Source: Octopus sinensis
Lineage: Eukaryota
Direction: 5' to 3'
Assembly: GCF_006345805.1 (NCBI RefSeq)
Contig: NC_043012.1
Span: forward strand, 43,896,001-43,960,000
DNA length: 64,000 bases
Below the pieces are notes generated by a model. That model did no database searches. It saw only the letters and a program-made list of their open reading frames with translations, and was not told the DNA's origin. A program made the translations under genes and the position numbers. Positions 52,613 through 64,000 of the stretch are shown here, piece after piece; position 1 is the first letter of the stretch, and each line of letters begins with the position of its first letter.

Positions 52613-55028
52613 GTAAGTTTGGGGTGGTGAGTAAGGCGCATTCAACTTCCAGAAACCAGATCTCTGCCTATGAAGCCTATCTAGGTCGACCGCTCAGATC
52701 AAAATTTGTGATCTTATAGCCGACCACTTTGAAATGTGCACAACGTATTCCATCTCTCTCTACTGGCCTCTCTATCGAGTCACGAGCCGAAGGAACCGGT
52801 GCAATTTTCCACGTCCTCATTGGAACATTCAAGAAATCTAGGCGGTAGTGTCAGAGCGTAGGAAACATTTGAGCAGGTTTATGAGGAATTTGAACCCATC
52901 TCTCTTATCAGCTATTTCCACATAGTCCATCTTGCAACAAAAATACCGTTTCAATCTCCCTTAGGCACTAAGAAGCGGAACGCTCCCATGAAACATGCTA
53001 GATACCTAAATAAATTTGACTGCACCGTCTTGGCGGGATGTAAACAGTTTTTGGTCGGAAGATATGCCCTACGCTGCTGGTCAAGTCAAGCACCACCGTC
53101 TTACACTTTGGGTCTAAGAAGATAGTACATATTGCTAAGATCCAGACCTTTCCGAAACAGACAGCGACTCCGTCTCCCGATCCCGAGAGAGATATACATA
53201 CCTCGTATTCGCCGAAATAGGTTGCGAAGGCTCGTGGACCAGAAATTCTAGTCTCGCTGATGACCACGAGGTCTATATCTAGTGACTTGAGGTTGTTGAG
53301 CTGATGGCCTTGCTTCCAATGTGACCTCACATACAACCGCACAGCTTTTTCGAAATAAGACCATATTGGATAAAGGGAAGAAAAAGAGAAGGAACACGTA
53401 CCATATTTCTTTAAAAGGACAAGTGCTCCATCCGTACAGCTTGTTGCAAGTATTTTCACGGATTAGTTTTTGTAAGATTTGTTGTTAATATTTCGTCAGA
53501 AAATCTATTGCAGCGCTATATTTTTTAAAAGCCTTGTGTTCTTCTGAAGATTAAATTTTTATGTGTTTCTGCATGCTTGTTTGTCTGTGATATTTGTATG
53601 TTGATGTATGTGATTCATTAATTTTTTTTGCTTGTATCTGCGGCCATGTAATTAACAATTTCTTTCTGCTGCTGTTATGGGAGCAAATTAAGTCGTGCTT
53701 GCGTTTGTAATGCTGGTGATGGTCGTAGTAGCAGAGGTGGTGGCGGTAGCAATGACGGTACTGATAGTATTTATTTGTTTTTACTTTCCACCATTTAGAG
53801 TCCCTCTCTCTTCACCACACGGGTCTGAGATACATGTCTGTGGTGGTGGTGGTGGTGGTGGTGGTGGGGAGTTAGTTTAGTACTGTCCATGTTGTCGTTT
53901 TGGGACTTTCTGTTACTGTTGTTGTGGCTGTTGTAGTTGCCTTTGAGTGCGGTGCTTCTTTTGTTGGTTTGTTACTGTTGCTTCCACTGTTCGTGTTACT
54001 GCTGTTGTTGTTTCCATTCTTGCGGCCGGTGCTGCAGCCACTGTTGCTGCGGTTGCGAGCGGTTATTGGTATTGCTGTTGATGGTGTAGTTACTGCCATT
54101 GTTGTTGCTGTTGGTGTTGTAGCATTGACACCGGTGGAGGTATTCTTTCATTTTCTTTTGTTGTTAGGGATACGAGACCTTGAAATGATAGGTGTTTGCA
54201 CAATTGTGGTATCTAGGCCTTCTATTCTCAACTATCACCTGATGTTCCTGTCCTCGAGGGATCTTTATCACATTGAGTACCCTATTCCATGTCTCAGGTT
54301 TCGCCAAAATAAGGATATCACAATTCCACTCGAATTTTCCTTTTGAAATCTTTTTATTTCCAGCAGCATGTTTGTTTCTTCCTGCACAACATATTTCAAC
54401 ACCCACTAGAAGTCTAGTTCTGGTGGAATATTTGCAATTTTTACTCTGATTACTCTCCATTCTAGATAAATTGTCATCCGTGTAAATTCCACAAACATTG
54501 TAGCTTTTATGGATCAATGTCTCAGAGAAAAATCCACTCGCATGCATCCTTATTGACTGACACATATGAAAAAGTTTAAGCCTCTCCAGATGCTTTTAAG
54601 GTACAATTCAGCGTTTTCTGAACAGATTCGCGCCAGTCTACACCTGTATAACACTGTTCTTCTGTCTGTTCATTCTGATATTACAAAGTAATATCAAAAG
54701 ACCCTGGGCAGAGAGAGAAAAAGTTTTGTACTGTCTTGATAAACTTTAAAAAAGTATGATGTAGTACCACCATCACGTGTAGGAGGCATTAATTATCACA
54801 AGAAACTATATAGCTTAGGAAAAGTAGCATTCTAAAGCAGAAAAAAATGCAGTACGAAATCTCGTGAAAAGTATCCGACAACCTGATAGAATTCCTAATA
54901 AAAAAAAAGTAATATTTCGAAATAAATTTTCACTACATATGTTTTTTTTTCTGACGCTAACACCATTAAATGCAACCCTATAATTATGGAATTACTGTGG
55001 CTATTGCACTCATAGTCCATGTGCTTAC

Positions 55029-55200
55029 CTCAAGCCTCTTAAATGTCCACAATCTTTCTCATTTCCAGAATTGTTTTGGCAGTCAAACTTCCCACCAACC
55101 CATTTTGTTTTCGTCATCTCTCAATACGGTAACTTTTTTGATAGAAGTGACCCAGGTGGCGGCCATCTTGGGTATATTTTTCACCAAGACTCTGGAGAGT
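55029..55200 (-). promoter_or_regulatory. Possible first exon/promoter of a host gene
   Basis: YY1-like CAAGATGGCCGCC at about 55159-55171 and a strong donor GAG|GTAAGC at 55029/55028 on the minus strand; no homology recognised. Confidence 0.25.
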
Positions 55201-56566
55201 GAGATATTTCTTCTTACGATTGTTTTCTTGGACACAGCAGTTTTAATCACATTTATCCAATACGTATTCCCAACAGTTAATGAGTAGTCTCCTTTTTTTT
55301 TACCCATTAAACATTATACATTCCGCGTTTTGTGCCAAAAATCACTTCACTTGCAACCCACTAATCTAGTAATGAAATGTTTAGGTAGTATTTATTCGAA
55401 TAAATTTATTCGCAGTTCATTTGGAAGCTATAAACCTTCTTCAGTGCATTTAATGTTATGATATGAAATAGAATGATTCCCGTCTTATTTGTCCATAGAG
55501 AAATGAATGGAAAATAGATAACTGATATTTCTTTTTCAAATTTTACTTCCATTAATGTACTGGTATATTAATAACAATTTAATGCTTTTCAAATTAGTGA
55601 ACTTCCGTTGGTGAAACGAGTAGAACGAGTTACTAAAGGTCAGCGTCCATCACTGAAGACCAGAAATATGTCAACTTGTACTGCTCTGCTATTTGAAGTC
55701 CAAGTACATTTTTACGACTCATTATATAGCTTCAATTTTGAAAGAAAATTGCAAACATCATTTACAACATTTCGGGTTTCATTCTGGCATATTCCAACAT
55801 TATTAACTTCGAATTCCATACTAAATATACTATAAAGTAAGACAAATAATTCAGAGTCGCCAAAGGCGTCAATATGAATATTAACGGCGAATAAAGATAT
55901 ATTAAATGCAAAACATGGTAAACAATTTATTGAAATTATTTTCTCTACAAAAAAAAAAAAAATGAACAAATGTGATCAACTCCAAATGAGAATGAGAGAT
56001 AATTTCAAGAATTAAAAAATGCACCGAAATTGACAGCCCGTTAAAGTAAGACAGTCGGGTTTCCAAGAAACAATACGACAGGTGTGAACACATGTTTCTG
56101 TTTCATTGGTTGTTGGTAGCTAATGAAGTTTAACTCCAATCGACGCAAAACTTAAACATGTACAAAAAAAAAATTAACTTTTGTGGCCTAGGATGTTTCA
56201 TAATCTGTGTGTGTTTGTGTGTATGTGTGTGTATAAAATATACGTGTACGTGTGTGTAGAGAGAGAGAGGGGAAGGGAGAGAGGGAGGAAGGGAGAGAGA
56301 GAGGAAGGGAGGGAGAGGAAAGGAGAGACAGGAAGGGAGAGAGAGAGGAAGAGAGAGAGAGAGCGAGGAAGGGAGAAAGAGAGTGAGCTCAAATAATCGT
56401 AAGTGTTCCTACTACTCGTTGCGCTTAAACTTGGATTATAATTGAGTGATTGAATTGTACCTGCCTGGATATATTAGCCCCATCTTTCTTTCTATCTATC
56501 TATCTATCTATCGATCTATCTATCTATCTATCTATCTATCTATGTGTGTTTGTGTGGGTGTGTCTG

Positions 56567-56598
<32 letters not shown>

Positions 56599-56929
56599 TG
56601 TATGTATGTATGTATGTATGTATGTATGTATCTTGAGCAGTAATACTTAATGTAGTTGTTGGTAATGGCCGGTCAGAAAGTTATCATTGGTTACACGCCT
56701 ATTATTGCTCTTAGCAATATAGGAGAAGCATTAGACCCGGTGGCCAAAGGCACATGACGCTGTTCTAATGGAGGTAAGAATACAATCTTGATCAACAGGG
56801 TTGTGAAAAACAAAAACCTAAAACGAAATTCTTCGATGCGGAAACCCCTTCTGGGCGAGATACAGTCATCTCCCTTCGAGTGGTTGCAGTTGAGTCCGAA
56901 AGGGTCATTTTATGTACATTTTCCGTTCA

Positions 56930-57650
56930 CTAGTCAGTAGACGGGGAATTTCATGTGTCACAAATTTTCTCTCATGAAGGTACCGACTAAACACCTGACT
57001 TCTGGAATTGAAGAAGGCCCCCGGATCAAGTGGTTTTTTTAGGATCCTTGCCCTCTCGGCCAGGCAAAGTTTTCTTCGTCTGTTACCGTTGAGGTATGGT
57101 CCAGATGTTCCAGGAGCTTTCATTTAATCCTGTATGATTTTCCCTCTCTATGAAATGGAGGTGGTGTCCGCCAGTAATAGCAGAAACAGAAGCGATGGCA
57201 GCAGCAATAACAGCAACAGAAGCACCAACAACTCGTCCGGTAATAGCAGCAGCAACAGCAGCAACATCAGCACAAGCACCAGCAACGTATCCAACAGTAA
57301 CAGCGATAATAGTAGCAGCAGCAATAACACCAACACCAATAACGGAAGGAAACATACATGGAAACTTGCTGGATCAAGAGAGGGTACATTTAGGCGGCGA
57401 CTAAATAACCACAGGTCCTCCTCTAAGATCCCAGGGAGGCGCACGGTTTTGGCCAACAACATATGACGTTTAAAAGAAGGAAACATCATAGAGGAACAGT
57501 CTGGATCATACCTCAACGGAAGCAGACGATGCACTCTTTGCTTGCCCGTGAGGACAAAGATCCTAAAAAATTCGCTTGACCTGGGCGACTTCTTAAATTC
57601 CAAACCTGAAATGTTTATTAGGTGCTCTTATGAGGAAAAATTCATGATGC
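56930..57650. mobile_element. Two Penelope-like GIY-YIG fragments in head-to-head orientation
   Basis: Minus: SGPYLNGNRRRKLCLAERARILK..FFNSRSQVF. Plus: LYEMEV-[N/S-rich]-AGSREGTFRRRLNNHRSS and SGSYLNGSRRCTLCL..FLNSKPEMF. Confidence 0.8.
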
Positions 57651-58045
57651 AGGCGTGTAATTCCCCGCTTGTTGACCAGTGAACAGAAATCGTGCATAAA
57701 CAGACTCTTTTTTTGGACACGATATATTTTTACAACATGGCAGTCTAATGACACATCTCAGTCAATGTTGTTGGCTGTGTTGGTAATGATACGGCCTTAC
57801 TTAAGTCTGTTCAGAGTTGCCTATCATCGGTATTTCCCATTGATAATGTCTAAAGAGCTAGAAACGCGTCTGGGAATCCGACAAGGGGCAGCACTCGATA
57901 GATATGGTGTTTTTACACCTCATTACCATAAGAGGAAATTTTCTCCACGGTAACTGCAGTAAATTTGCCTTTAGAAGTTGAAATATATCACAGACATACT
58001 TTAACTAAACTAATCTTTACATATAAACATGCATACATACATACA

Positions 58046-58077
<32 letters not shown>

Positions 58078-58116
58078 CACAATACATATATGTATGAATG
58101 CATGTATGTATATATT

Positions 58117-58151
<35 letters not shown>

Positions 58152-58162
58152 TATATATATAT

Positions 58163-58234
<72 letters not shown>

Positions 58235-58296
58235 ATACATACATACATACATACATACATACATAGTACAATAATATGTGTGTATATGTATGTATG

Positions 58297-58796
58297 TGGC
58301 ATGGCGGGTCGTCGGCGACTAAACCGGCAACCCCACCAAGCTTGCTTGGTGAGGAGGGTGTTTATTGGACACCCTGCGGGATGAAAAACAAAACCCGTCA
58401 AAGGGCGGAGGAACTCTTGAGAGTCAACGGCCATCCAATAAATGTCTTAAGGCTGTATCATGTGCGGGGACATAGAAATAATCGGACTGAATACCCGATC
58501 GCGTGGTTAAACCATTGGAAGTGAAGGACTCCTAGACTTTGTTAGGGCATCCTTTTAGGAGAAGGTAACTCTGGTAACTGGGATAACTCCGACATAAAAC
58601 CTGCGGCTCAGTGGTTACCGATGATGTTGATTTGTTCTTCTTTTCGGATTATGGCTGCTGCTGCTTAGTGAGTGGGATTGACTCAGTGCACGGCCTTTCT
58701 TCACTTTAAAAAAAATTTTGCACAGGCATTGCACGATTACAACATTGATTAAGCTTCGTGCAATGGACATACTCGATAACGAGGAGGCATCCACCA
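58297..58796 (+). mobile_element. Non-autonomous RTE-derived element (5' UTR-like plus 3' UTR-like parts)
   Basis: The 5' 140 nt align with 41080-41220. The 3' end ATGGACATACTCGATAACGAGGAGGCATCCACCA(TGTA)n resembles the RTE end ATGGTCTTCCTCGGTCAACAGTGGACGGCCATCA(TGTA). No ORF between. Confidence 0.7.
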
Positions 58797-59221
58797 TGTA
58801 TGTATGTATGCATGCATGCATGCTTGCATGTATGTATGTATGTATGTATGTATGTATGTATGTATGTATGTATGTATGTATGTATGTATGTATGAATGTA
58901 TGTATGTATGTATGCATGTATGTAGATAAAAACCTTTGACTCTGCAACACTGTATATAAATTCTCTACGGCGAATGACCAAGTTAAAAAATCTGGTGGAT
59001 CTCACTCATAAGAGAATCATACATTGCTTATAAACTCTATATTTGGAAGGACCCATTTTAAAATCTGTTGGACTTTTGGACTTCACTCAAAGGATATTGG
59101 AATATTGCATATATACCGTTATGCCTAAAAAATGGATTTACAACTTCAATATCCATACATCTATTTTCTTTCTTCCACCTCACTGTCTAAACTTACTAAG
59201 ACTTAACCATCCTCACACACC

Positions 59222-59273
59222 GTCTCCGATGAAGGGATATAAATAAATAAATATCCTAGAAACAGCTGTAAGA
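59222..59273 (+). ncRNA. Type I hammerhead-like motif (U4C core)
   Basis: GUCU-CCGAUGA-A-GGGAUAU(9 nt)AUAUCCU-A-GAAAC-AGCU-GU-A-AGAC; all three stems intact. Confidence 0.65.
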
Positions 59274-59343
59274 CCTTCTATCTATAAATGCTCTAATATC
59301 TATACAGCCTTGGTTTTTTATCTTATTACGCAAAAAATGCTTA

Positions 59344-59383
<40 letters not shown>

Positions 59384-59450
59384 AAGTACATTTATTCAAA
59401 ACTGACCATTCACTCAGAGCTTCTCTTTAAGTACAATACTTTAGGCGACG

Positions 59451-59483
<33 letters not shown>

Positions 59484-59486
59484 AGT

Positions 59487-59547
<61 letters not shown>

Positions 59548-59850
59548 TGTGTGTGTATATCTATACGTGTGCATACAGTGTAGTGTTCATATATGTTTCT
59601 TCTCGAAAAATTGACCAGTATTACTGATCACGAAATTAGTTTCTGATGATTATGATATTTATAACAAACTAATGTGTAAGTCGTCACTGAGAAAATGGGT
59701 GATTACAAAAAGAAGAGAAAAATAGAATTAGTGTGTGGTCATACACCAATATGCAAATATATATATATATTCAAAAAGTGGACGTGGGTGTGTGTGTGTG
59801 CGTGTGTGTGTGCGTGTGTGTGCGTGTATAAATATATATATATATATATA

Positions 59851-60229
59851 GGCGCAGGAGTGGCTGTGTGGTAAGTAGCTTGTTCCGGTTTCAGTCCCAC
59901 TGCGTGGCACCTTGGGCAAGTGTCTTCTACTATAGCCTCGGGCCGACCAAGGCCTTGTGAGTGGATTTGGTAGACGGAAACTGATAGAAGCCCGTCGTAT
60001 ATATGTATACATATATGCGTTTGTGCGTTTGTGTATCTGTGTTTGTCCCCCTAGCATTGCTTGACAACCGATGTTGGTGTCTTTATGTCCCCGTTACTTA
60101 GCGGTTCGGCAAAAGAGACCGATAGAATAAGTACTGGGCTTACAAAAGAATAAATCCCGGGGTCGAGTTGCTCGATTAAAGGCGGTGCTCCAGCATGGCT
60201 GCAGTCAAATAACTGAAACAAGTAAAGAG
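59851..60229 (+). mobile_element. SINE family A copy
   Basis: GGCGCAGGAGTGGCTGTGTGGTAAG head with a small deletion; collinear body. Confidence 0.9.
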
Positions 60230-60312
<83 letters not shown>

Positions 60313-60525
60313 ATATATAATAACAATAATATTATATGCAACTTTCTAGATGGTGTAATTTAATTGTTCATTTTGAATTGATAAAAGGTGTTTTTTCTAA
60401 TTTTTATATATATATTATATTTTGTGAAATTTGATTTAGTATTTCTAAATTGAATTTTTCCCTGTAAGTTAGGAATAATATTCCCTCAATAAATATATAT
60501 ATATATATATATATTATAATATATA

Positions 60526-60593
<68 letters not shown>

Positions 60594-60675
60594 GGTATGT
60601 ATGTATTATGTATATATATATGTATATATATATATATATATTATAGTATAGAGAGAGAGAAGAAGAGAGAGAGAT

Positions 60676-61105
60676 ACAGGAGTAGCTGTGTGGTAAGTAG
60701 CTTGCTTACCAACTCCATGGCTCCAGGTTCAGTCCCACTGCGTGTCACCTTGAGCAAGTGTCTTCTACTATAGCCTCGGGCTGACCAAAGCCTTGTGAGT
60801 GGATTTGGTAGACGGAAACTGAAAAGAAGCCCGTCGTATATATGTATATATGTATATATGTATATGTGTGTATATGTGTGTGTGTGTGTGTGCATATGTT
60901 TGTGTGTCTGTGTTTGTCCCTCCAACATCGCTTGACAACCGATGCTGGTGTGTTTACGTCCCTGTAACTTAGTGGTTCTGCAAAAGAGACTAATAGAATA
61001 AGTACTTGGCTTATAAAGAATAAGTCCTGGTTCCATTTGCTCGACTAAAGGCGGTGCTCCAGCATGGCCGCAGTCAAATGACTGAAACAAGTAAAAGAGT
61101 AAGGA
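60676..61105 (+). mobile_element. SINE family A copy
   Basis: Collinear head, internal microsatellite and tail. Confidence 0.9.
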
Positions 61106-62121
61106 GTATATACATTTATGTATCAACATATGTGTGCGTGTATATGTGTGTGTGTGACAACAATGATTATGAAAATGAAATTGTATGTTTGTACGTATGT
61201 GTATGTCTGTATGTGGCGTATCCTCTGCCAGTCAAGTCCCATGACATTAACTTTTAATCTTCCCCGGTAACTTATACTTTATCTGTCTCTTTCTCTTACA
61301 CAGCAGACACATCCAGATACACAAAGTTATACAAGCGTGCATGTACATATATATGTGACTCACTTCAGCAGCCACTATTATTACAAGTGTTAATTTTTGC
61401 GTGTCTTTTAGTTGTCACAAGACTTATTTTGGGCGCCAATAGGAACGTGTTTGTCACATGACCTTGCTGACCGTATGTAGCGGAAGACAATATTTTCAGA
61501 AGCAATGTCAAATGACTTGTTTTTATTGGCTATTTTCAGCCAATCGGATTATTTACTTTTGGCTCGCTTGCTGTTTGCCCAACGAATTGTTGGCTCCCAC
61601 TTTTCTCAATATAAATAGCTATTTGCTAAACATTGAGCAGAGTAGAAAATGAAAGCAACAGGATTCCACGACATTTGAACTCTTAAATTAGCACACATAT
61701 TCTCTCACCCACGTGCTAGAATAATATTAATATTCCCACAGACGAATTTGTCTTGTCTCAGACTTACTTCATAACGATGTGCAGTTTAGGAAGTTACTAC
61801 ATAACATTCCTTGATATTTCAGTTTTACATTACAAATACTAATTTTTACTTTGTTTCTAAAAACATTCATTTGCCACGATAAACATTTGTGAAGAAATTT
61901 TGAACGTTCATTCATGAGCAAAATGATTTGGTTGATTCTAGACATTTTGGTATTACAGATGGTGAAGAGGTAAAAAATAATGTATTAGTCGTCAAACCGT
62001 TTTATACATACACACACAGATATACATATACATACACACACACATCCATATGTATGTCTGTGTGTGTACGTGTATGAATATAAATATATATATATATATT
62101 GGTGCCATTGGTTGTACCATT

Positions 62122-62160
<39 letters not shown>

Positions 62161-62464
62161 TATAAAATATATATATATAAAATAATATTATACATTGTCT
62201 GACTCAAATTTCGACTATTTTCGGACTTGCTTCTGTATTACTATGTTTTCGTCATTCAAATTAATGGATGATTTAGCGATTCGCCAAAGGTCCCAGTTAG
62301 TGCATATATTTACATTTATGTGCATTGTATACAGTATTATGGCATGTTAGCTCTTATTTCTAGCAATCTAGGTGTTTGTAACACCCTTGTCACATTTAGT
62401 GACTGTTATAATTCTCCTTTTTGGTGAAACAGAGCAAACTAATGTTTATATTAATTTTACATAT

Positions 62465-62940
62465 ATGGTCTTGGGACCACTGCTTTTCATAGTGGCCTTC
62501 TCATATATGCCCTCAGCTGCCCGGATAGCCGCCCTTACTAGCTACGCAGACGATACGAAAGTATCGCAGAAAATACAGGACCCCAGCGATGTTGCACACC
62601 TGCAGCAGGAGTTGGACTCAATTTACAGATGGGCTGAAGATAATAATATGCAGTTTAATGCTGAAAAATTCCAAGCCCTGCGCTACCACCGTACAAAACT
62701 GAATATAAGCTTACATGGTACACAGGTCCACAGAGGATTACAGTCCCAGAGCCTAAATCAGTGAGGGACCTGGGTATCGACATGAGTGATGATACCTCTT
62801 TCCAAGTGCACATTACCAGGATGGCGACAAAGTGCACTCGACTGGCTAGATGGATCCTGAGAACGTTCAGAACTAGAGGGAAGGAAACCATGATGGTCCA
62901 CTGGAGGACAGTCGTCCTGAACCAGCTGGATTATGGTCCC
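62465..62940 (+). mobile_element. CR1/L2-like LINE RT fragment
   Basis: VLGPLLF..SYADDTK..LQQELDSIYRW..NNMQFNAEKFQ, then RDLGI.MS..F..HI..WILRTF.TR..LDY. Confidence 0.88.
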
Positions 62941-63044
62941 TGTTAGTGTATATGTTTACACTTATGTGCGTTGACTACAGCTTCAGAGGATTTTAGCTCT
63001 TATTTCTAGCAATATATATATTTTCATCGTTCGACATTTACGTG

Positions 63045-63075
<31 letters not shown>

Positions 63076-63220
63076 GTATGTATGTATGTATGTATGTATG
63101 TATGTATGTATGTATGTATGTATGTATGTAGGGAGAGCTTACGAAAAAACCAAAAGACGAAGACAGGTGGTGTACAAAACAAACAGATGTATTAGTATAA
63201 CGCTCAGAAATAGAAAAAGT

Positions 63221-63256
63221 CTTTTACGTTTCGAGCCTACGCTCTTCTACAGAAAG
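63221..63256 (-). ncRNA. Minimal hammerhead-like motif (A6U core)
   Basis: Minus strand CUUU-CUGUAGA-A-GAGC(GUAG)GCUC-GAAAC-GU-A-AAAG; same repeat family as 25788. Confidence 0.6.
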
Positions 63257-63285
63257 GGAAACAGAACAAAAAACAAGGAGAGAAT

Positions 63286-63331
<46 letters not shown>

Positions 63332-63711
63332 AAAGTAAGCCACATAATGTGTTAAATATGGGAATATATAGTACTCGAATACCGGAGGTAGAATATTATG
63401 CTTTATTATTATGAAAGCTGAAAAAAAAACATCACAAAAAATGAAAAGAAACCAATTTCAAATGTGTATCTGTCAATGTAAATTGTATATTTTATACATA
63501 CACACTTTATTTGCTCCATTCTCTCAATCTAAACTGTCCGACAAACGGTAACGTGAAACTCTGAGTAGCAGTTTTTTGTGATGTTTTTGGTGCTTTACAA
63601 TAATAAACATATATATACATATATATATAGATATATATATATATATTATATATATATCTATATATATAATATATAATATATATATATATATATATATAAT
63701 GTGTACGTATA

Positions 63712-63745
<34 letters not shown>

Positions 63746-64000
63746 TTGTATTATGTATTTTGTATGTATGTATATATATATTATATATATATTCTTATAT
63801 ATATATATATATAAAACTTACTTGGAGAAGAGAAACAACGCGTGCGTTCGGTCATATAATAACAATATAATAAATAAATAAAACATATGCATATATACAT
63901 ACATATATATACATACTTACATCTATATGTATATATACATGCATATTTATATATATAAATATGAGTACAGGACACCACAAATAAATGTAGAACACAACGG

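Larger units (their letters stand above)
50790..54570 (-). mobile_element. L1/Tx1-like LINE, decayed and interrupted
   Basis: ORF1-like VIVENRRPRYHNC..HFKVS.P (zinc-knuckle relic); APE LKSLDIDLVVISETR..GVAV..VYIP and DHK..GFWKLNA; RT ALVN.NQLKAFGRIDHQYL near 51060. Confidence 0.75.

Noticed and set aside
51597-52772. MITE with 100-bp TIRs
   Set aside because: The arms translate as LINE endonuclease sequence, so they are an inverted LINE piece and not transposon ends.
53695-54346. Hydrophobic ORFs as membrane proteins
   Set aside because: Antisense reading of the ACA/AAC-rich ORF1 tail of the Tx1-like LINE.
3382-63978. Many 60-230 aa ORFs rich in YIYI, THTH, CVCV and MYVC
   Set aside because: Translations of (TA)n, (CA)n and (TATG)n microsatellites and SINE read-through.

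Overview
Eukaryotic, AT-rich, repeat-saturated non-coding DNA (intronic or intergenic). The SINE families, dense (TA)n/(CA)n/(TATG)n microsatellites and TE mix suggest an octopus genome; this is inferred, not shown. No intact host protein-coding gene can be supported: most listed ORFs are microsatellite read-throughs or decayed TE fragments. TEs recognised: Tc1/mariner (a full-length mariner, a long-TIR Tc1, DD37D- and DD41D-like relics), a pogo/Tigger relic, a complete non-autonomous Helitron, a deleted Ty3/Gypsy element with a 16-copy 37-bp array before its polypurine tract, LINEs (RTE, L1/Tx1, CR1-like, R4/Dong-like), Penelope-like elements (PLEs) and many tRNA-derived SINEs. The most notable structure is about a dozen type I hammerhead-ribozyme-like motifs, mostly with self-complementary stem III. 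They lie in putative PLE terminal repeats that often occur as fold-back palindromes, including a 390-bp near-perfect hairpin, and several share non-canonical cores (U4C, A6U). Also notable: an Asn/Ser-rich expansion at the same site in two PLE GIY-YIG endonucleases, and a covarying structured RNA at the 5' end of two RTE-family elements. All coordinates and alignments were read by eye; boundaries of decayed elements are approximate.
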